This document shows, one piece after another, positions 25,767 through 38,600 of a stretch of DNA of 64,000 bases; positions within the stretch are counted from its first letter, which is position 1; every line of letters starts with the position of its first letter. The DNA is taken from the NCBI GenBank assembly GCA_050575255.1, contig JBNZDD010013718.1, positions 3,786,540 through 3,850,539 of the forward strand. Reading direction: 5' to 3'. The DNA is from Harriotta raleighana (lineage: Eukaryota). Made by a program: the position numbers and the translations under genes. Under the pieces are notes generated by a model that was not told the origin of the DNA, did not search any database, and saw only the letters and a program-made list of their open reading frames with translations.

Positions 25767-27154
25767 CAAATACACATGATCTTAACGTTTAAACACCGGA
25801 CTGCCATTTGGGCTAAGACTTGGTGAACATTCAGAGCAGAGAGATGATTGCTGTGAAACCAGAAATGCAAGAATTGTCAGTGCTAGAAGATATGGTAAAG
25901 AATAATACCCATGGAGGCTTGTTGTTTAGATTTGGTAATGGCACATTCTTGAGACAACATACTGATATTCATACAGTCTCACTCAATATCTATAAATACT
26001 CTGAATGAATGACACAAAAATCCATAGATTCCATTCTCTCTTTTGCTGAGGTCCTGCAGGTGGGTATAGCACTATAGAACAGTGTCCTTTTTGTATCTGT
26101 GGAGTCTGAGCTGTCACAAGAGCTGCTATGGACTGTCATCGGGTTATCAAGACATCAAGTCATGCGTAACGTGAAAAGCAGGTGTTTGGCTTATCATAGA
26201 ATGTAAAGCTTTCCGGCATATTTTATTACCTCTATTCGCATAAGTAAGTTTCGGAGCTGCAGTGCAAAGAAATTTGAAGGATAGCCGCTAATACAATGTA
26301 TAATCCTTTTAAAAGTTGTTTGTAGATGGTGTTGTTATTAGCACCATGATGATCCTATTATAATTTAGGATGCACTGTTCAAAGAATAACCGGGATTTAA
26401 TAATTCTTTTGGTCCATTTCACTCAACAGCAACTCTCTAAATTGATTGCCTCGAGTTTTACTGCATTCAAGAGGGTGTGTTTAATGAACTGAACTCTGAC
26501 TGACTTCTAAAAGCTCCAGTCTGATTGATGCTTCTCTTTCTCCCTATAACATAGACCCAGGAGCTGCTTTGAGAAGATAATCATCAGAATCGGTGTAAAA
26601 ACACCTTGTTTACTCAAGTTAATCTACTACCATCTGAAAATGAACTTATTGCTCGTAACAGTTAACTTGATAGAGCACTTACCCAATTGTCCGCAACCTT
26701 CCAGAAAAGTTAACCTAATCAATCAGCGATCAATATTAATGGCTCGTGCAGTTGTTCTTCATCAATAAATGTTCCCAATTGGTTTGACAATATAAGAGCC
26801 ACTGTTCTACTGTACTTTCGAGGATTACAGTAGGTCAGTAATTTCTAATCAATTTGTTTCAACCTCATCAAAACTGTTACAAGGGTCAGGTTTCTGTGTT
26901 TTCATCCATTTCAAATGCAATGCAGACAAATATAAATATTTACGATCTAAGACACCTGTACCTTCAAAAGTGATCCATCGTTCAATTACTGAATAACCTA
27001 TGTCATATTTCATGGCGCAAGCATGTGACAGTATATCAGATAACTTGAGATGGGGTCTTATACTGTCACATACTGTGCTGCTGAACAATAAGATAATTGT
27101 TTCCCTCCAAAGTTTCTGTTTTGAGAGTTTTGCACAGGCCCATCACCTGCCACT

Positions 27155-27260
27155 CCACTGATGTCAAAGGGGCAAAAATAACATTTTATTATTTGTCATA
27201 AAATGGAGTGGATTTGGAAGGCTCATATAATTGACCTCTGATTTATGGTTATCGGGCAGT
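27155..27260. promoter_or_regulatory. Candidate Hox/TALE-type enhancer
   Basis: TGATTTATGG (27239-27248), GTCATAAAA (27195-27203), TGTCA and TAATTG within about 100 bp. Motif evidence only. Confidence 0.3.
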
Positions 27261-27594
27261 TTAAAGAATTGTCACAACAATTGATCCTGAAGGATTATCT
27301 TTGGTTGTGCAAAAGGAGGTGTGATATTTAATTGGAGTAGTCTATATTCAGTGGTAATTTCATTATTTTAAGAAGTTGTTTTTTCATACAAAATCTGATT
27401 TATTTAATGGTACATTATTGTGAATAATATAAATGGCAGTACTGTATTATCCATTTGGATAATGCTGAATTTGAACATTGCATTTTGCAACTTAAAGCCC
27501 ATATTCATGCTCCCACAGTGGAGATCCTCAGAACTGTTCCAGATTTGATAAAATATGCAAACATAATTATTTTATATATATAATAGTGCATAAA

Positions 27595-27820
27595 TATAAT
27601 AATCCTTATATTTGATATAGTACATTTCGCTTCAGAAAGGAAGTCTTAAAGTGCTTCACAAGTTTGCTATAGAGTAAGGTGACTGAGTATTTTGTGGGTG
27701 AATGCAGCCTCCCAGCACTGCATTGACAACATCAGTCAAAAAAACATCCTCTGACGTGGGCTTGAATCCACAACCTTCTGACTCAGAGGTGACAGTGCTA
27801 CCAACAGAGCTATGCTGATA
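27595..27820 (-). mobile_element. SINE with a second type of tRNA-derived head (SacSINE1-like by recall), internally deleted
   Basis: Minus strand TAGCTCTGTTGGTAGCACTGTCACCTCTGAGTCAGAAGGTTGTGGATTCAAGCCCAC gives A and B boxes; the family tail lies at 27595-27710. Confidence 0.8.
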
Positions 27821-29870
27821 TTGCACCAACTCCAGGACACAGGCAGTGTTCCTGTAGTGGCTGAAATCATTTGTAAAATTACTAATTGTTTCAAAGTGGG
27901 AAACTCCTGGATTTTCGGTATCTAATTTCTGTAACTTCAATCCAGTGATAGAGTGCACAGATGCTTCTTGAAAGGGTTAATATCAATCTGTCAAACAATT
28001 GCACACATATGACAGTGACTTCCGTTAATAACAGCTTTACAAAGAAACGATTGACAGCGCAATCAATGCAGAGCAAATCATTCATAACCTCTTGCATATT
28101 TGGAAAGCATTTTTTCAAGTGGGTAAACACTATATATCATTATTCCCTGACATTTTCCGAAAGTTTTTTTTCCCCCCATTTTTAATTTGGATGTAAAACT
28201 TCAGTAAGAAAGGCAATAAAACATTTCCTTTTTCTACTTCTCTTTAAGGAGCACTGCACAGATGAATATTAAAACAGTTTGCAGAGAGATTCTCCACAGC
28301 TGTTATCTGAATCATTTCATCCTATTTTAATTTCAGACTTATTCCTGCTGTGCTTATGCCATAACAGAGAATGGTGCATTTTAGCAGCAAATTACTAAAA
28401 GTTGAAGAACTTCCATCGATTAATGATCAAGATATTTGCCAAATATTATTAATGTTGTACATTGCATTCGACCTCTTTTCAGATCCTTTGATACCATATA
28501 TGATTTATGAAACATAATCACATCACTCTTTATTGCAAAATAATCACACAATTCAAAACTTCATCAATGATATTAAAAGCTGACACTATTTCACATTTTA
28601 TTACATTTATCACATGGCAATTGGTAACTTTGTCAGTTGCTCCATCTATTCCAATGTAATTGTACTACTGTATTAATTTAATCGTTTTCATGTTTTCATT
28701 CCAATGAGGCAAAGTAAACACTGTTGTACATAGGTAAGAAAACCATGACCATGTACAGTATATCAAGAATGTTTGATGCCTGGTGTGTAAAACCTTACAG
28801 TCTTGTTGTTAGCTGGTCTCAGCTTGACCAGATCAACAATGGACTCAATGTCGCACTGCTACGGGTGGGAGAAATTGGCAACTTGTGACCAAGATCCAGT
28901 TACACTTCCAAAAAATGCACAGTTTGGAAAGATTACGTGAGGACAGAATTGAGCTCAGCTGTGACATCTTTCCCCAGCAACCCCAACCTTTGCTTGTGCT
29001 CCAAGTGCTTGTCTGGCTAAAAGATGAAGTGTGGCATTGGAATGTCAATGATATCTGTGGAACATTGAGCCTCCAGGAAGAAAGACAACAGGCAAATATA
29101 TAGCACTTTCAAAGAATCACAGTGTGTATTTTTTCCCTGTATTTAATAGTTATTTTACAAGAAAGTATGCTAAAATAAGATAAATCTGTTATCTACATAA
29201 CATCCACAGTTCTTTACTGTCTTCTATGTGCTTAATAAAAATGATAGGCTTGTAATGGCTGTGTTCTTATGGCTTAACCCACAGACTATTTCCTCTAGTT
29301 CTACACCTTGCACATTAAGATATTTATTGTGATGCTAGACCTCTGACATTACATGCCATTGCTCATAATTACCAGCCACCTCCTCCACTGTACAGGCAAT
29401 TTACACTGACACAACGCTGGCCATTTTTCACAAAAGAAACCAAGTAAATAATAGGCAATCTGGGATGTTACAGATATGTATGAGAGTGCCTAATTGGCTC
29501 TGGGTTCATCGTTGCACCACTTGTGCACTTATTGGCCCTAAGCTGATTTGGGAATGCATTCCCATCTCTAAATTACTGCTTGCGATCCATTATTTATCAG
29601 TAATTTTACTTAGCATGTCATACATGCAAATATACATACACACCATGAATTCCGGCAAACTAAGTCTGACAGATGAAGTTAATGGACCTAAGCTCTGAAC
29701 AGGGCCAGAACTATCAAACCCAGTAAAGCAAAACAAAAGTGCTGTTTATTGAATTTATAGCTTCATTGAGGGTGACCGGTGTTTATAGAACAAGTAACAA
29801 TCCATATCATACTAGTCCATCTTCAGCTAAGATTCAAATGAAGGACATCAGTATAAAACAGCAATGACTT

Positions 29871-29982
29871 GCCCACAAAATACTGTATACAGTCAATTCA
29901 CTTTACGGTACATTCTGTGAAGCGCTTTGAGAGATCTCAAAGGTGCTAAGGTGCTATATCAAATGCAAGGATTATTGTTATG
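29871..29982 (+). mobile_element. SINE 3' fragment
   Basis: CAGTCAATTCACTTTACGG..CTGTGAAGCGCTTTGAG..GCTATATCAAATGCAAGGATTATT. Confidence 0.85.
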
Positions 29983-32900
29983 ATAATTACTTAATCAGAG
30001 GCTTTAAAATGAATAAATAGTGTTTGCAGTTCCATGATTCACTGCAATGAAAATCAATGCAATTTAATTTTGCTTGAAAACGTTTGCGCAACATATAGAA
30101 AACAAAGCCAGTTTATGGCAAGCTGGTAAATGGAATAGTTGCCTAAAGGAAGATCCTGTTCCGGCAAGAATCCTGATGCTTGTCCAGCTATGTCAACCGA
30201 TTAGGGCTTTGGATTACAGGGTTAGCAGGAGCAGCGGGTGAAGAGCTAAATCCTTGCTCTCGGTCTACCCGTCCGAGTCTTGCTACCAAGTGAGACTGAT
30301 AGCCTATGTGTGTGAGGTGATTCCGCCGCATACAATCCAAAGAGAATTGTGTCGGTGCAAAAGCTAACATAAGGACCAAAAATATGTTTGAGGTTGACAC
30401 TAGACGTTTTTTTTAAAAACTGCTTTTTTATTGATGATGAATCAATGCTGAGGAATGGCAACCAAATGGATATATAATTAAATTTATATTTAGAATCAAT
30501 GCAAATTTTAAAATAAATATATTTAACAAGTATTTTTTAATACATGAGTTTTGTCAAAATCTATGATTCAAATGTCATATTTCAAGCCTAATATCTGCCT
30601 GAAAACAGCTATATTTTCAATATTGCTTTGATGCCTTTAAAAATAAAATTGTTTGTATTCTATCTCATACCTCCAAAAATGTCTTGACCGGTACAATGTT
30701 AGCCACTTGAATAAAACTTATGGAATCCACTCACTATGTTTCATTTTGTACATAGAAAATATGTCAATTGCAATAGAACTGCCAAATTAGATCTGCCTGA
30801 AATGATATTTCTAGTTTGTGTATATTTGAATTCTTTCATCTTTGGTCTGTCACAGTTTCTTTTCAGAAATCACTTTACTTACTGAGCAACACACAGTATT
30901 TAATGTTATCCTAGCCATATGTTAATTTTGCATATCCATTCTGTAGAATTCCAACAGAATACAACTCTATTCTTATTTTGCTCTCATATTAAGCTGAGAA
31001 ATATTTGCTGGTCTCCTGCCCAGTCCATGTCAGAATCTACAGATGTACTATTTGATCCGAACGATGCAAGCTGGAGCGAAGGTAAAGCCAAGATAGATTA
31101 GGACTTCCTTCATACCACACATTAATCTTCATTCAGTAAAAGCCTGTGATGACAGAAAAGTAGAGAAAGAATCAAGTGGAAACAAGCTGGGGGTTGCATT
31201 TCTCTCAATGCCATGCAGACAGTAGATAAACAACAGATACTTTTCTATTTAGTTTATAGTCCTACTTTTCTCATACTTTCCTGATTACCCAGAAGAAAAT
31301 GAACTATAATTTACCCAGTACACTTGAAAACAAAATTTAGTGTGCACTTTCGACAGAGTACGTTGAACATTTACATTAAATTCCATTAAATGAGTTATAT
31401 TTACATATAAATTAATGTCGCCATACACAGCTAAATTAACAAGAGGCGTCACTTAGATACAGTAAAAAATCCCAATCTGATGAGGTAATGTTTTTCAATT
31501 TCCACAGCTTAACCCCTTCAAGGCTACATTCATACAGCACACTGATATCTTAATTTGGTTCCAGTATTGTGAGATTACCAATTAATGGCATTTTATTTAA
31601 CCAAGTCTGGATTTCCTTCTATTACCGCTAAATACAGTATTATTATTACTATTTTTAACCACACCCATTGGAATGCATCATGGTGGAAAACTGGTTTTAT
31701 GCTGAAAATGCGCAAGATCTCGACAGACCTGAATGAAAATTAGACCAAATAATAGGTTTGCCTCATTCATATTTAACAAGGGTTTAGTGAGTAAGATACA
31801 TTTCTGACACTTTGCATTCTACCCCATGAACCTCTTCTTATACCGATTGTAGCCTGAGAATCAGGTTGAGTAGTTTTTGTTCTCATTTCAATTAATCCAA
31901 ACTACATTTCTGCAGTAAAATATGACTGAACGCTGACAATATTTTCATAAACATTATGACCATTTCCCTCTCTCTGAAGGAAAAAAAAATGGTTTGGTTT
32001 GATTGGATTTTAACTTCCAAGTATATCGCTGGTTTGGCTCTGTCACTCAGTAAAACAGCTTGAAAGTTGATTGTCAAATTTTAATCGCTGTTTATTGTGC
32101 ATTAAAATTCCAGCCATTCCAGGCTGAGACGGGTTTTAAAATTTTATTTTAAAATTCATAGGCTGTTCAAGCTTTCAATAAGGACTTCACATGGAAGAGC
32201 AACAAACAGCCTCATCCCATATGCTTGGAGGGATGCAAACCTTATGTTGCTTTTATACATTCACAGCCCATTTGAACTTGTCATCATTGTGACAGGAGCA
32301 CCTGAACTGTTTCTAATTAGAGTGGCTGGAATGATACAAAACTGCAATAAGAACAGTCGTCTGTCTCTTCAGCAATGAGACTTGAGGATTCAAGACTGCT
32401 GATTAAGATATTGATAGATGTTCACCCCACTGGTGTCATTTGTGGCATGAATAATATCCTGTAGAGGTCAAGACTGAGGTAACATTGAGAGACTCTCGGC
32501 AGGCAAATACGCTTTAATTTTTAATACTTATTTTTACACAATACCTGGGGGTAGTAATTAGAAGAAATCAGATGACCCAAGTTACATGTTCATTCCCTTT
32601 AATTTAAAAACAGATATCTCCTTTCTCACAGTTAATCAACAAGTTGGGTTTCCAGCACATTAACCAAGTAAAGTACATTTTAGCAAAACATAAAACAGCT
32701 TTAATCAAAAACAAGATCACACACAAAGAAAGAAAAAGGCATTTTGGGGGGTTGGAGTGGAGGGGAAGGGATAATAAATTCACTTTCTTTCTGTCACATG
32801 ACTTTAGCTAAATCTCATTGTTTTGGCCAAACTGCCAATTCAACCGAAACATCAGTTAAAAGACTTGTTTTTGATAATGCTGTTCATTACGTCTCAGGAG

Positions 32901-33524
32901 ACTGACTTGAGTTGAAAACAGTTGTAAGTTTTCTGATGTATACTGACTTCCTGCTTTCTAAACCACACAGTAAGCACGTAAATAAAACCAGAAATTGAGC
33001 CCATGTGAATTGAGGAGACCAGAGTAATTTTCATATTTGAAAACAATTAAAGATCATGAGCTAAATAGTAAAAATAATTTAAATTATCTCAGGAGTGTGA
33101 GAGGTCTAGTGAAACTAGTCCGTGGACCCATGAATATGGAGTTCCATTCCACAAATATTATTTTAACTTTATGTAATATGGTAATGGGATTACATTTGAA
33201 ATATCGTGTTCGCAGTTTTCTCAAGGAAAATCAAAACATTTGGATTACCGGATTACGATAATAGCCAAAGCAAACTAATTCTCCTTAGCAAACGTGATGC
33301 CTGAGTAATTCTGGAACCTCTCAAATTTCTACGCATGAATATGAACTGGTTCCTATTTGTATTCTGCACTTGTGAGACTCTCCAATCTATGAAAAGCACT
33401 CTCCAATCTATGATCATCAATAAGATCATCATGTTCACTTTTTAACTCTAATTTGTTTTTCTCTCCCCTACTATCCTCAACCACATCCATTTCAAAGGCC
33501 TCCTATGGATAATTGCAAGTTATT

Positions 33525-33625
33525 TAGAACCATAGAACTTTATAGCACTGAAGGAGGCCATTCAGCCGATGGTGCCTAGGCTAGTTTGGTTCTCGGAAAG
33601 AGTGATCAGTTTAATCTAATTCGCT
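33525..33625 (-). mobile_element. CR1 3' terminus
   Basis: AGAACCATAGAACTTTATAGCACTGAAGGAGGCCATTCAGCCGATG resembles the reverse complement of 7670-7722. Confidence 0.65.
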
Positions 33626-35164
33626 ATTTGTTTTTTACCTTTACACCTCTAAATAGCTTTGGTTGTAGGAATAAAAAGGATGGCACTACCTGGTGAGTCC
33701 TTGCATGTGCTCGCTGATAATGCTCTACATTGACACCAACCGAGTATTGAGTCAGGGCATTCATTTGACATGAAACAATGGATCTTCACATTTGTGCAGT
33801 TCAACAATATTAATAATGATTTCTCCTGTAGTGTAGGCGATGTTGCTTATGGCTCTAATATAGTGAAAGAGATGCTTTGCATTGTAATTTCTCCACATAC
33901 AAACAGGTTGAAAATTCAAATTATTGTTCAGTGCAGGAAACTAGTGGATATGGATTTGTCAATGGAATTCCAATATAATTGCTCCATGATGAAAGATGTG
34001 CAAGGTTGTGCTGCAGGCTTTTATTTATTGATGCAATTTCTTTTCTTACGGTAACTTATTGAACTCATTTACAAAAAGGCTTTGTCTGTATTGTCAGTAC
34101 ATATATCTTATTATTTGCCTCATACATCTGAGTTACTTTGGAATTCAAGAAAACTAGGTCTGTTTACAAGTCTAGCACTCAGAGGAATACATTTTTCAGA
34201 TGCTCAGAAAGGGCACAACTGAAGTATGTTTGCACCCCATTATCTCTGTGCGTGTCTCTGTAAAATGCTCCAAGACTCTACCCTCTTGTGAAGGCCGCTA
34301 CAAAAACGCAAGTTATTGTAAAACACAGCTGGCCAATGCAAGCTACTGTAGTGCCTTTAGTGCTGGAATGAAGACAGAATATATAATTTCATAGTTTCTT
34401 GGCTCTGATTACCTGGAGTCTTAAAGAATATAAAAAAAAGGCAGCTGTACCAGATTTGCCATAGCATAAAATGGAGGAGTGAACAGATTAGGAGCCTCAA
34501 TACATACATGAACAAAACAGTGCAGAACACCTGTGTTTACCTGCACCTGACAGAGAACTTCCCACTGCTTTAGTCTGTTAACCTAAAGATGTCTGTGACA
34601 TGCCCGCAGGGACACTAAATACGCTTTGTGTTTATCTAATAGCTTTTAGGGAATTTTCCAGCTGACAGTGATTGTTCTAATTATTAAATTATTCAACACA
34701 ACTCAACAGCATGAGACATATTTACTCATCACTCAAAAAGCAGAGTTTCCAGAAAATATTATGCTTTTAAATCTCAATTGCATGAAGATTTTATGTTCCA
34801 GTGAGTGGAAACAAGCTTCTGATCAGATCAGTAGTGCATTCCTAATGTCAGCAAAATTATATTCAAAAGCTTCTTCAAAAGCCCCCACCACCTATTGAGC
34901 ACACACGAAAAGTAGGTTTTATTTATCAACCAGAAACTAAACTGGATTGGGAAATAAAATGTACATTATTTAGGTATCCATAAAACCATATAAACCTACA
35001 GCAAAGAAAGAACATCACACTGCTCATAAAAGTACGAGGTGTAACCTTTTGCTGTCCTTTATGTTATTCTAAAGTGTAATCCTGAGGTTCAGAGAGATGT
35101 AAGATGTTATTATAGATCAGGAAGTTATAGCTCAGTTATATGTAACAGACATTAAAAATCAAAA

Positions 35165-35670
35165 CGTGGTGACAGTAACTGGTGGAGTGTCACAAACATC
35201 TGTTCTGTGTCCCCTGCTGTTATTGTTATTCTAAACTGATATGAAGGGGGTTATTCCTTGTAATACAAAACTTGGTACAGTACTTGGAATATAAAAACTT
35301 GCTGACACCAAGTTATGTGGTCAGGTGACAAGCAGAGCAGTGGGAGGTGAACAGTTCACAGCCAATGATAGGCTGGAAAAATGGAAAATTGGCATTGCAG
35401 ATCTGACTGGGTCAATTTCTGGCATGTTTTGAAATCTAAAGCAGGAAGTGGGAGCAACAAACAAGCAAACTTGATAATGGCTCGCAATGAACAATTGTGC
35501 TTCGATGAGTGAATTTGTCCTCATTGCTTTAAGGGAAAATACTGGACAAATACTTGATTGGCAACAGGACTCAAGGGCATGGGTGCGAGCATAGAGCGAG
35601 ATGATCAATTACTGGGTGGAATGCAATGGTTCTAGAGCTGCGGGGGCTATAGCAAGGATCGAAGTGATTC
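35165..35670 (+). mobile_element. Highly decayed CR1 LINE (RT core remnants and 3' end)
   Basis: VTGGVSQTSVLCPLL corresponds to VTSGVPQGSVLGPLL, and KLADTKLCGQV to KFADDTKLGG.V. GATAGGCTGGAAAAATGG reads DRLEKW. CTTTAAGGGAAAA.CTGGACAAATACTTG follows later. Confidence 0.65.
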
Positions 35671-38600
35671 CTTAGTTGAATCAAAATTCAATAATATAAG
35701 CGGTACGTTAGCTAAGAATTCATGCCTTTCGCTCAATTACTTTGGGGCAAGCAGCAAAGTAAACATAGCAGAAACTTTTCCTCGGGAGATCTGGATTTTC
35801 CAGAGATGCTGGGGTGAATAGTTGCTTAAATTCTGGAGGAAGCAGACTGCTGGGTTCAGTTACCGTTATGTGGTATATACATATTAGAAATTGATTAAAG
35901 ATCTTTCATAGAGCTGACATCTTTAGAAAAAGAACTCCAGGCCATTTGCAAATATATCTTAATATTTAGAATAATGTTACAGTCTTCTTCTCATTGTTCC
36001 CTTAGCTGGCAGATACCCATTAAAATTGTGATCCAATATAAAAGTTTCCATTCAATGGGACACCTTAGGAAATAGCTTGCAGATGCTGACAACATGATAT
36101 TTTATAATTTACACGGTATGCCTTCCAAACAAATGCATAATTGGGAGAAATATTGAGGATCACAATGTGATTGTGTTGTCTATCAGCAATATATTTCTCC
36201 AAGTTGTAGATCTCCTTTGGAGGAATTTATGTAAAAACAAAATCCAATTTTGTCAAGACAGTTTTATGAGAATCACAGTCATAGTTATGAGGAGCACTGG
36301 TGCATTTTTACGTTTTTAATGCTTGTTGTCCTTAGGAAGCATCTAATTCAATTGCATTTTCTCATTTGGCTTGAAACCCAAGTTTTAAACCCAAACATCT
36401 CCAGATCTGTTTTACTTCACTATAAGCAGCATTTGGTTAGATTTGCTGTGACAACCCCATTTCTGTGTGTTTGCCACTGCAGCAACTCAGGAAATGCCTT
36501 CAATAACTGAATAGTTCTCTTTTGTTTCGACTGAAGTTCACACCTGTGCACAAGACAGGTATGACTTTGACAAATTATCATTTGTCATTGTTCAGGAAAT
36601 GGTCCTGGATACATTCGATGGGGATGTAATGAGCTCAGACCTTAATGCTGCATCATAGTTCAAAAACATGGAAATCATCAAATTTACACTAAATTGAATA
36701 ATTAGAGCAAATCTGGGTAATTTCAACTTTGTCCCGAGAGACACAGCAAACACTCTCAAAATCAAGACATTCCCAAATGTTTTAGTACAACTGAATCTCC
36801 TGACATAGCGAAATAATTTGTTTTCCATTACCATACCATTATAGATGCTTTCCGACATATATACCATAGTGAAATATCATTAATTTTGCAGCCAGTCCAT
36901 GAACAGGCTGATGGCACCCACTGAGGCGGCCAAAGCTGTCAAGCCCTCCCAATTGCAAAGAATCAGTAAGTGCAAGAGGCACTTGGGAGAGAAGATAAAA
37001 GGGAACGCTGTGCAAATAATAATCAAAATGTACACAAATAATTAAACACATATAGACCTTCATGTTTCCACAATTCATTATACAGATCTAAATTTCATTG
37101 CACAATTAGCTCCTTGATTTTTTTTCCCGATGGGTTGACATTTTACATTCAGCTACTGTGAAATCATTTGCTGTTGTTACAGAAAATAGCTTTGGCCAAT
37201 GCTGCTATCTTGTACAAAGCAGCTTATGATAGTTGGGAATCACACTACCACTACCCTGGGTTACCACTTATCACCATTGTAGGGATAAATCTGAATCCAG
37301 CCCAGTGTTAGGTTCGAGAGGTCACAATATAATCGCTGTTAAGTATCATTGGTGAAAACAGAAAAAATCTTGCAGTTTCAGACAAGTCCCCAGTGAAAAC
37401 AGCTGCCCTTTATTTGCCGATCTGAACTCTGAGAGGCCTGGGGTTGATTATGTGGGAAACAGTGCATTGGAACACATTCTTCTAAGGTCAAGGCAGCAGT
37501 ATCAGACTGCGCTTCAGAATTCCTAGCATTAATTCTAAAACTCATGGCTCGCCATCTCATGCCTTTGAACCAGAAATGCTAGAAATTAAAAAGAAATATC
37601 AAGCACAGTCTCCAATGTAGATCAGCAAGACCTAACATTTTTGCTATTACACTTCAGTTTTATGATAAAGTGTTTTCCCTCAAAAACACTGTTCAGTTTT
37701 TCGCAACTGACAATATGCTCTGCAAACAGAAATATTTAAGCGACTGTTACTAGTCTTTCCAAGTTGAGTTAGACACCCGAACAATCTCAAAGTGCCTTAT
37801 AGCTATGACTTGATTTTGGTTGTTAGGATTGACTCTAAGTATAAAACATAGTGTCCCAGCTGAAAAATTCAATGGATTCAAGCATGACACAGTCCCTGTA
37901 GTGAAAGTGCATGACCTGACATACCTAGCTGCAGTTGGCATTGATGATTGACAGAAAAATGAAATAAGTTGATATCTTTCACATGGGAATCACAGCTTGG
38001 AACAATTTAAAGCAAACGTTTTCTGCAAGAACTTGTGGGAAAAGTTAATTGTATTTTTAAAATACCTCTCTTTCCCAAAGATTGTAAAAACACTATTTAT
38101 TTACACATATCAAGTAGCAGCTGTATGTTGTAATGATTGGAATCATGTGATGCAATTTCCCTAAATAGAACCAGGCATTATCAACACAGACGAGAGAATC
38201 CTGTTGTCTCTCATTAATTCTGTTTGGTTTTGTACTTTTAACTTTTTTTTGTGAAGGTGTTTACAGTTAATGAAATATATCAAACCTCCAACAACTCTTC
38301 TCTTTAAGTTTTTAATTTGAAGGCAAAGTAAATATTGTTTAAAAATTGCTTTAAAATGATGATACCCTTTGAGAAATTGGTAGATATGTTATTTTAAGAA
38401 GCATTTTCACCACAGAAAACTAAATATACAATACATTATGTAGAAATCCAGTATACTGTATCTGTTGATTGATCTTTTAGATTTCTATGGTTCATATATG
38501 CAATCACTCAACTTTACGATGAATCATGCGAAGGGCTTTAAGATGTTTTCCCAATATGAAAGGTGTGATATAAAATACAATGATTTTTGTTAAATAATTC

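Noticed and set aside
33376-33411. ACTCTCCAATCTATGA repeated twice
   Set aside because: Ordinary short slippage duplication.
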